Below, one piece after another: positions 58,246-64,000 of a DNA stretch of 64,000 nt. The notes beneath the pieces are model-generated. The model was not told the DNA's origin. It saw only the letters and a list, made by a program, of their open reading frames with translations, and searched no databases. Each line of letters begins with the position of its first letter. Position 1 is the stretch's first letter. The stretch lies in the NCBI GenBank assembly GCA_963767925.1, contig CAVYGB010000010.1:832001-896000 (forward strand). The letters are read 5' to 3'. This stretch comes from an uncultured delta proteobacterium (GTDB taxonomy: Bacteria > Myxococcota_A > Polyangia > Fen-1088). The position numbers were made by a program, and so were the translations under genes.

Positions 58246-59556
58246 CTACCGGTCCGGCAAGGCCGGGATCTGCAGGAGGAAGCGGGTTCCGACCGGCACC
58301 GGCGCGATGACGAGCGAGCCGCCCAGGGCGCGGGCCACGGTGTGGGCCAGCGGCAGCCCCAGGCCGAACCCCTCGGACTGTCCCCGAGCCAGACCACCCC
58401 GGAAAAACGGCTCGAACACGCGGCCCCGCAGCTCGGGCGGGATCCCGGGGCCGGCGTCCTCGACCTCGAGCTGCGCCATCCCGGCGCGCTCGGTCACCGC
58501 GATCCGCACCGGCGTGCCGGCCGGCGCGTGCTTGAACGCGTTGTCGACGAGGTTGGCGACCGCCCGGGCCAGCAGCCGCTCGTCCGAGGCGACGAGCACC
58601 TCGTCGGGTGCCTCGACCGCGAGCGGCCGCGGCGGATAACCCGCCGCCACCCGGGCCACCTCCTCGCGGGTGAGGTCGGCCAGGTTGACCACCTCGAGGG
58701 CGCTGTGCTCGAGCGGCCCCTGCGAGCGGGCCAGCCAGAGCAAGGCCTCGACAAGCCGGATCAGCCCGTCGACGGCGGCGAGGGCGCGCCGGGCCGGGCC
58801 GCCGGGGGGCTCGTCGCGGGTCAAGCCCTCGACCTCGCCGCGCAGCACGGTGAGCGGCGTCTTCAGCTCGTGCGAGGCCTCGGCGGCGAAGCGGCGCTCG
58901 CTGGCGAGGGCGTCCTCGACCCGCACCAGCAGGTCGTTGAAGCTGCGGGCGAGCAGATCGAGCTCCTGGTAAGCCGGCCCCTGCGGCACCCGCTGGCCGG
59001 TCCCCGGCTGCAAGGTGGCGACGTCGGTGGCCATGGTCGACAGGCCGGTCAGCGCCCGGCGCGTGATGAACCGGCTCGAGGCCAGCGCCGCCAGAGTCAG
59101 GAAGAGGGCGATCACCGCGCTGGCCGCCAGGAACAGGTCGCGGTCGCGCAGCCCGTCCTCCCGGGAGATGCCGGCCAGGATGTTCAGCCCGGCGGCGTGG
59201 GCCTCGCAGACCCGGTACATGCCCTCGTTGCGGCAGCCCTCGCCGAGGGCCCGCAGGCGGGGCCCCTTGCCGTCGGCGCCGAGCACCGTGCCGGCCCCGT
59301 CCTGCAGCTCGATGCGCACGCCGATGGGGCGGTGCTCCTCCATCTCGTCCATCACCCATTTCGGCCCTTGCTTGCGCTCGAGCCGCCGCTCGGCGCGTTT
59401 GTCCCCCACCTCACACAGGGCCCGCAGCCCCTGGTCCCAGCTCCGGGTGAGCACGAAGGTCACCGCCGCGAAGGAGAGGAGCAACATGGCGCCGAGGGCG
59501 CCCAGCACCACCGCGAGCTGCACCAGGGCCATGCGCCCCACCAGCGTGCGAATCAC
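58246..59556 (-). CDS. Membrane sensor histidine kinase
   Basis: Two TMs, HAMP, ASHELKTPL, NLVDNAFKH, DAGPGI, GFGLGL; GTG start overlaps the regulator stop. Confidence 0.93.
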   Translation of the reverse strand: MIRTLVGRMALVQLAVVLGALGAMLLLSFAAVTFVLTRSWDQGLRALCEVGDKRAERRLERKQGPKWVMDEMEEHRPIGVRIELQDGAGTVLGADGKGPRLRALGEGCRNEGMYRVCEAHAAGLNILAGISREDGLRDRDLFLAASAVIALFLTLAALASSRFITRRALTGLSTMATDVATLQPGTGQRVPQGPAYQELDLLARSFNDLLVRVEDALASERRFAAEASHELKTPLTVLRGEVEGLTRDEPPGGPARRALAAVDGLIRLVEALLWLARSQGPLEHSALEVVNLADLTREEVARVAAGYPPRPLAVEAPDEVLVASDERLLARAVANLVDNAFKHAPAGTPVRIAVTERAGMAQLEVEDAGPGIPPELRGRVFEPFFRGGLARGQSEGFGLGLPLAHTVARALGGSLVIAPVPVGTRFLLQIPALPDR

Positions 59557-60218
59557 CGGTCGAGCTCCAGCAGGTAGCCCACGTTGCGGATGGTGCGCAC
59601 GGGGGCGGCGGGGCCGCCGAGCTTGCGGCGGACCCGGGTGATCAGCACCTCGAAGCTGGCCCGCGAGGACTCGGTGGCCTCGCCCCACACCGCCTCGATC
59701 AGCTCGTCCCGCTTCATCACCGCGCCCCCCCGCAGGGCGAGGGCCTCGACGATGGCCAGCTCGCGGGCGGTGAGCGGCACCGGCACCCCATCTTTGAAGA
59801 CCCGGCGCCGTACGAGATCGATGGTGATGGCCCCCGCCTGCAGGCGGGCCTCGCGCAGGGCCGGGCCCCGGCGGGCGAGGGCCCGCACCCGCGACAGCAG
59901 CTCGGCCACCGCGAAGGGCTTGGCCAGGTAGTCGTCGGCCCCGGCGTCGAGGCCAGTGACGCGGTCACGCACGTCGCCCCGGGCGGTCAGCAGCAGGACC
60001 GGCGTCGACAGCCCCCGGGCCCGCATCCCGGCGCACAGATCCACGCCCGAGCCGTCGGGGAGCATCACGTCGAGCACGATCACGTCGGGCGGCCGGGCCA
60101 GCAGGGCGTTCGCCTCGGCGCAGGAGCCGGCCTCCTGCACGACGTGCCCCTCCCCTTCGAGCCTCCTGCGGATGAGCGCGCGGGTCTGCGCGTGGTCGTC
60201 GATGACGAGCACCCTCAC
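59553..60218 (-). CDS. OmpR/PhoB-family response regulator
   Basis: VIDD, LDVMLPDGSG, GADDYLAKPF, wHTH ending IRNVGY. Confidence 0.95.
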   Translation of the reverse strand: MRVLVIDDHAQTRALIRRRLEGEGHVVQEAGSCAEANALLARPPDVIVLDVMLPDGSGVDLCAGMRARGLSTPVLLLTARGDVRDRVTGLDAGADDYLAKPFAVAELLSRVRALARRGPALREARLQAGAITIDLVRRRVFKDGVPVPLTARELAIVEALALRGGAVMKRDELIEAVWGEATESSRASFEVLITRVRRKLGGPAAPVRTIRNVGYLLELDR

Positions 60219-60355
60219 GGGCCAGGAGCTTACCCCGTCCAGCCGAACGGCAACCGAACGGCGCGGGCTGCTGACAAGCTCGGTTTAGTCGGCCGGTGCG
60301 CCCGGACGTGCCGGGCCGGAAGCCACCTTTTCCACGGGCTGCCAGGGAAGAGGGC

Positions 60356-62845
60356 TCAGGCCCCGCCGATGCGCGTGCGGCGGCGGGGCTCGCTCTCGGC
60401 GGAGGTGTCCTCGCCGGGCCGGCGGCGGTTGCCCACCAGCACGAGGGCGGCGGGGGTGACGATCACCGCCGCCAGCAGGCAGGTTGTCTCGCCGATGGTG
60501 GCCATGGCGCCCAGGCCTTGCAAGGCCCCGTTGCGGGCGACCAGCAGGGAGCCGTACCCGATGATGGCGCTCCAGGAGCAGAGCGCCACCGCCCCGCCCG
60601 CCGAGGCCACCGTGCGCCGGACGCTGCCGTGCTCCTTCCACTCGCTGACGATGTGGATGGCGTATTCGACGCCCACCCCGAAGATGAAGGGCAAGGCGAT
60701 GAAGTTGAGGAAGGTGATCTTGATGCCGAACCAGCCGGCGATGCCGACCATCCAGGTCACCCCCACCAGCAGGCCACCCATGACGAAGAAGGCGGCCCGC
60801 CGGGGGCGCACCCGGAACAGCACCAGCAGCAACACCGCCCCCAGCGAGGCGAAGCTGGCCAGGGGGCCGTCCCGCAGCACCGAGCGGATCATCGAGGCGA
60901 AGATCACCGCCGATCCGGAGCTCTCCACCTCCCGCCCGTCGGGCAAGGTGATCCGCTGCAGCACCGCGGCGATCCGCAGCAGAACCCGCCCGTCGTAGAC
61001 GGTCACGCCCTGCTCGGGCGGGTAGATCAGCAGCACCCGCCCCAGCGAGCCGTCGACCTCGGTGAAGGGGCGGCGGGCCAGGGGGGGCAGGTCGGCGGGG
61101 ACGAGCGCGCGCAGGGTATCGGGGGGGCGCAGGCGGCGGACGTCATCGCGCTCCTTCTGTTCCAGCAGCTCGAGCGAGGGGTCGTCGGTCGCCTTGCGGA
61201 TGTCGGCCAGCAGGGCCAGCTTGCGCTGCTGCACGTCGGGGCGCCCGGGCAGCAGATCCCAGACGGTCACGATGTCCCCGATGACCCGGGGGCCCGGCAG
61301 GGCGGCGTCGGCCTTGCGGATCGCCGTGCGCAGCGGCTCGACGTCCTCGTCCCGATCGGCGAGCACGATGGTGGGCTGGGGCCAGCGGCCGAACAGGGTC
61401 GAGTGGTCGAGGTCGAACTCGCGCCCCTTCTCGTCGAGGATGCCGCGCGCGCTGAGCTTGCGGAAGTCGTATTCGAAGGCCTCCCGCCCGAGGCGGCCGG
61501 CGCCCACCGCCAGCACGGCGGTGAGGGCGGCGCCCACCGCGAGGACCAGGCCGGGGCGGCGCTCGATGAAGCTGCCGAGCACGAAGCGGCTGCTCGGCTT
61601 GCGCGCGGCGGGGACCAGCTTGGGCCCCCGAACGTCGAGCAGGCAGAGCAGCGCCGGCATGAAGGTGAAGGTCATCGCCCAGGCCAGCAGGCAGCCCGCC
61701 GCCCCGATGGCCCCGAACTGGGAGAAGCCGCGGAAGCTGGTGATCATCAGCGAGGCGTAGCTGAGGGCCGAGGCGATGGCCGCGATGCCGGTGGTCCGCC
61801 ACAGCGCCGAGCAGGCCTGCAGCACCGCCGGCCGCACGGCCTCGCCGTGGCGCCGTTGCTCCTCGTAGCGGGCCAGCAGCACCACCGCGTAGTTGGTGCC
61901 GTTGCCCATGACGAACGAGACCAGGAAGCTCGTCACGGTGGTGAGGTACCCGAAGGCCAGGTAGGCCACCGCGTAGGCCAGCACGGTGGCCAGCACGGCC
62001 GGCGCCACGACGAACAGGATCGCCCGGGCCCGCCGGAAGTAGAGGGCGATCGACAGCGGGATGAGGAAGGCACACAAGGTGGCGACGAACACGAGGTCCC
62101 GCTGCAGGGCCTCCCGGTTGCGGATGGAGGTGATGATGGGGCCCGCGACCTGGACCTCCATCTGGGGGTGGAAGCCGGCCGGCGGGGTCTCCCGGATGAA
62201 CCGCTGGGTGGCGGCCAGCAGCCCCTCGCCCGCGTTCTCGACGAGCATGCCGCCGGGGGGCAGCGCCGTGATCCAGACCGTCTTGCTGTCGGGGTTGCGG
62301 AACAGGCCGCCCGGGAAGCGCCCCTCGAGCGGCACGTCCTTCTTGAGGCGGCGCTCGAGGGCGGCGTCGTCCTCCTCGTCGTCGGAGAGATCGAGGACCA
62401 GGGGGTTCTTGCGCTTGAGGATCTCGCGGCGGAGCCGATCGCGCACCTCCTCGAGGTCGGCCTCCGAGGCGTACAGCCAGCGGTTGGTGTCGACGAAGCC
62501 GAAGATGTCGCGCATGTGGTAGGCGGCGATGTCGACCACCGACCGGGGCAACGAGCGCAGCTTGCTGGTGAGGGCCTCGGCGTAGCGCTCGTTGGCGGCG
62601 ACGTCGGGCGAGCGCACGCCCACCAGCAGCAAGGTCAAGTCGCCGATCCGCTTCTGGGTCTGCTGCAGGGCCCGCACGCCGGGGTCCTCCTCGGGCAGCA
62701 GCTCGGCGAAGGAGGTCCGGAAGGTCAGCCGCGACGAGAGCGTGACACCCAGGAGACCGAGCGCCGCTGTGAGGAACACGACTACCAGCGGACGCGTTGT
62801 CAAGGCGCGAAATAGGTGCACGGCTTTCCATAGCCTAACCGGCAC
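60356..62845 (-). CDS. MMPL/RND-family lipid transporter (HpnN-like)
   Basis: Two repeats of TM + large loop + 5 TM; ELLP, G.GTNYAV.LLARYEE, GVGVEYAIH; start uncertain. Confidence 0.85.
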   Translation of the reverse strand: MPVRLWKAVHLFRALTTRPLVVVFLTAALGLLGVTLSSRLTFRTSFAELLPEEDPGVRALQQTQKRIGDLTLLLVGVRSPDVAANERYAEALTSKLRSLPRSVVDIAAYHMRDIFGFVDTNRWLYASEADLEEVRDRLRREILKRKNPLVLDLSDDEEDDAALERRLKKDVPLEGRFPGGLFRNPDSKTVWITALPPGGMLVENAGEGLLAATQRFIRETPPAGFHPQMEVQVAGPIITSIRNREALQRDLVFVATLCAFLIPLSIALYFRRARAILFVVAPAVLATVLAYAVAYLAFGYLTTVTSFLVSFVMGNGTNYAVVLLARYEEQRRHGEAVRPAVLQACSALWRTTGIAAIASALSYASLMITSFRGFSQFGAIGAAGCLLAWAMTFTFMPALLCLLDVRGPKLVPAARKPSSRFVLGSFIERRPGLVLAVGAALTAVLAVGAGRLGREAFEYDFRKLSARGILDEKGREFDLDHSTLFGRWPQPTIVLADRDEDVEPLRTAIRKADAALPGPRVIGDIVTVWDLLPGRPDVQQRKLALLADIRKATDDPSLELLEQKERDDVRRLRPPDTLRALVPADLPPLARRPFTEVDGSLGRVLLIYPPEQGVTVYDGRVLLRIAAVLQRITLPDGREVESSGSAVIFASMIRSVLRDGPLASFASLGAVLLLVLFRVRPRRAAFFVMGGLLVGVTWMVGIAGWFGIKITFLNFIALPFIFGVGVEYAIHIVSEWKEHGSVRRTVASAGGAVALCSWSAIIGYGSLLVARNGALQGLGAMATIGETTCLLAAVIVTPAALVLVGNRRRPGEDTSAESEPRRRTRIGGA

Positions 62846-62864
62846 CTCGGGTGGGCGGAAAGAG

Positions 62865-63323
62865 CTAGGAGGCGAGCGGGTTGCCTTTGGGGCGGTAGCG
62901 CGCGATCCGGTCCACGGAGAACCGGAGGGCCTCGAGCTCGAAGGGCTTGTCGAAGATGGCGTGGGCGCCCAGGCGGCGGGCTTCCGCGTGTACGTGCTGG
63001 TCGCCAAACGCGGTCATCAGGATGAACGGGGGGCACCAGGCATGTTTCCGGATGCCCCGCAGGATGGCGAGGCCATCCCGGGCGGGCATGTACATGTCCG
63101 AGATGATCAGGCTGCCGCGCGGGTCGGGCTCCTCGCCCCAGAAGGCGTGACCCAGATCGAGCAGCAGGGCGGCGCCGTCCTGCGCTTCGAGGACGAAGTG
63201 TCCGTCCCGACGGAGCAGCACGGCAATCATCCGCCGCATCTCGACGTCGTCGTCGGCCAGGAACACGCGCAGCGGGGCGGTGCTGGTTCTTCGGGGAGGG
63301 GGCGCTTCGATGATCATGCGCAA
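62865..63323 (-). CDS. Single-domain response regulator
   Basis: LADDD, ISDMYMP..DG, LMTAFG, DKPF. Confidence 0.88.
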   Translation of the reverse strand: MRMIIEAPPPRRTSTAPLRVFLADDDVEMRRMIAVLLRRDGHFVLEAQDGAALLLDLGHAFWGEEPDPRGSLIISDMYMPARDGLAILRGIRKHAWCPPFILMTAFGDQHVHAEARRLGAHAIFDKPFELEALRFSVDRIARYRPKGNPLAS

Positions 63324-63490
63324 TCGACAGAGGAGAAGACGAGCTCGGCTGGATGCCGCGGACGCCCGTACCTGGCCGGACGCCCAGGCGAAAATGGAGG
63401 ACCTCCCTTAAAAGTAAGGACGGGAGACTTCCGTCTGGTCACCGACGCCCGCCCCCACGGCATCCAGCCGAGCTCGCGGGCCGTTCCGGG

Positions 63491-63506
63491 TGCAGGCCCG
63501 ATGCCA
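63491..63506 (-). promoter_or_regulatory. Sigma54 -24/-12 promoter candidate
   Basis: Minus strand TGGCATCGGGCCTGCA: GG-N10-GC spacing, about 170 bp upstream of the 63323 start. Confidence 0.6.
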
Positions 63507-63815
63507 CTTGCGCGGACCGGCGGCTCGCGGCGCGAGGATCGCCTCTCGTGCGGATCTTGCTGGGGTTTCGGGGCCCGAACGGCGCGGGCGTGGGTGTGAG
63601 ACGGCAGGCCGGGATGTGGCAGGTTGTCTCGCTGTGGCGGGATGCCACGGGACCGAAAGGTGCGCGCACGGACGCCCTCTGCGACCCGCCCACCCGCGCG
63701 CGGACCGCGCCGGCCGCGAGGTTGACGCCGTTCGGTCTCCGGCTGCTAAACCCTCGGCCATGGACAGACGCGCGCGCAGCGGGGCGGAGCGGGGCCGGGC
63801 CGGCGAGGTGGGGCC

Positions 63816-64000
63816 GTGAGGCTGGCGACAAAGCTCGCCATGGCGGCGGTGCTGATCCTCGTGAGCATCTTCGCCTTGCGGGCCTACCAGGCCGTGCGGC
63901 GGGAGATGGCCCGGGCGCTGGCCGATCGGATCGAAGATCAGTTCATCATCGGGCGGGCGCTGCGGCCGCCCATCCGCGCGATCTGGAGCCGGGAGGGGCC
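63816..64000 (+). CDS. Membrane protein 5' end, possibly a sensor kinase (partial)
   Basis: Manual translation VRLATKLAMAAVLILVSIFALRAYQAVRREMARALADRIEDQ..., open to the window edge. Confidence 0.45.
   Translation, partial: MRLATKLAMAAVLILVSIFALRAYQAVRREMARALADRIEDQFIIGRALRPPIRAIWSREG

Overview
Very GC-rich, gene-dense bacterial chromosomal segment. The MYXO-CTERM tail, FHA-sigma54 activator, Hanks-type kinases and many Pro/Gly-stalked lipoproteins point to Myxococcota; this is inference from gene content. Housekeeping genes are pdxJ, a heavily frameshifted large-type purL, upp, udk, glmU, ilvE, Ku and two tRNA-Ser. Main points of interest: (1) a six-gene operon mmsA / URC1-like GTP cyclohydrolase II / URC4-like / upp / pxpA / pxpC, divergent from udk, with pxpB 8.7 kb away, which looks like a near-complete bacterial version of the yeast URC uracil-catabolism route with different terminal steps; (2) an M11-like surface metalloprotease with a QExxH instead of HExxH metal site; (3) a monoheme cytochrome lipoprotein next to a DUF2271-like/FN3/CFI-box-CTERM protein; (4) REP-like hairpin repeats between convergent genes, a decayed HUH tyrosine transposase, an IS66 right-end remnant and a perfect (GATGGC)40 array; (5) a kinase/pseudokinase pair beside an orphan FliJ/SctO-like gene. 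Single-base indels in purL, pxpA, the kinase and a DUF3616-like gene are probably sequencing errors. No CRISPR array, rRNA or prophage was seen. All family calls come from motif recognition by eye; no database searches were run.
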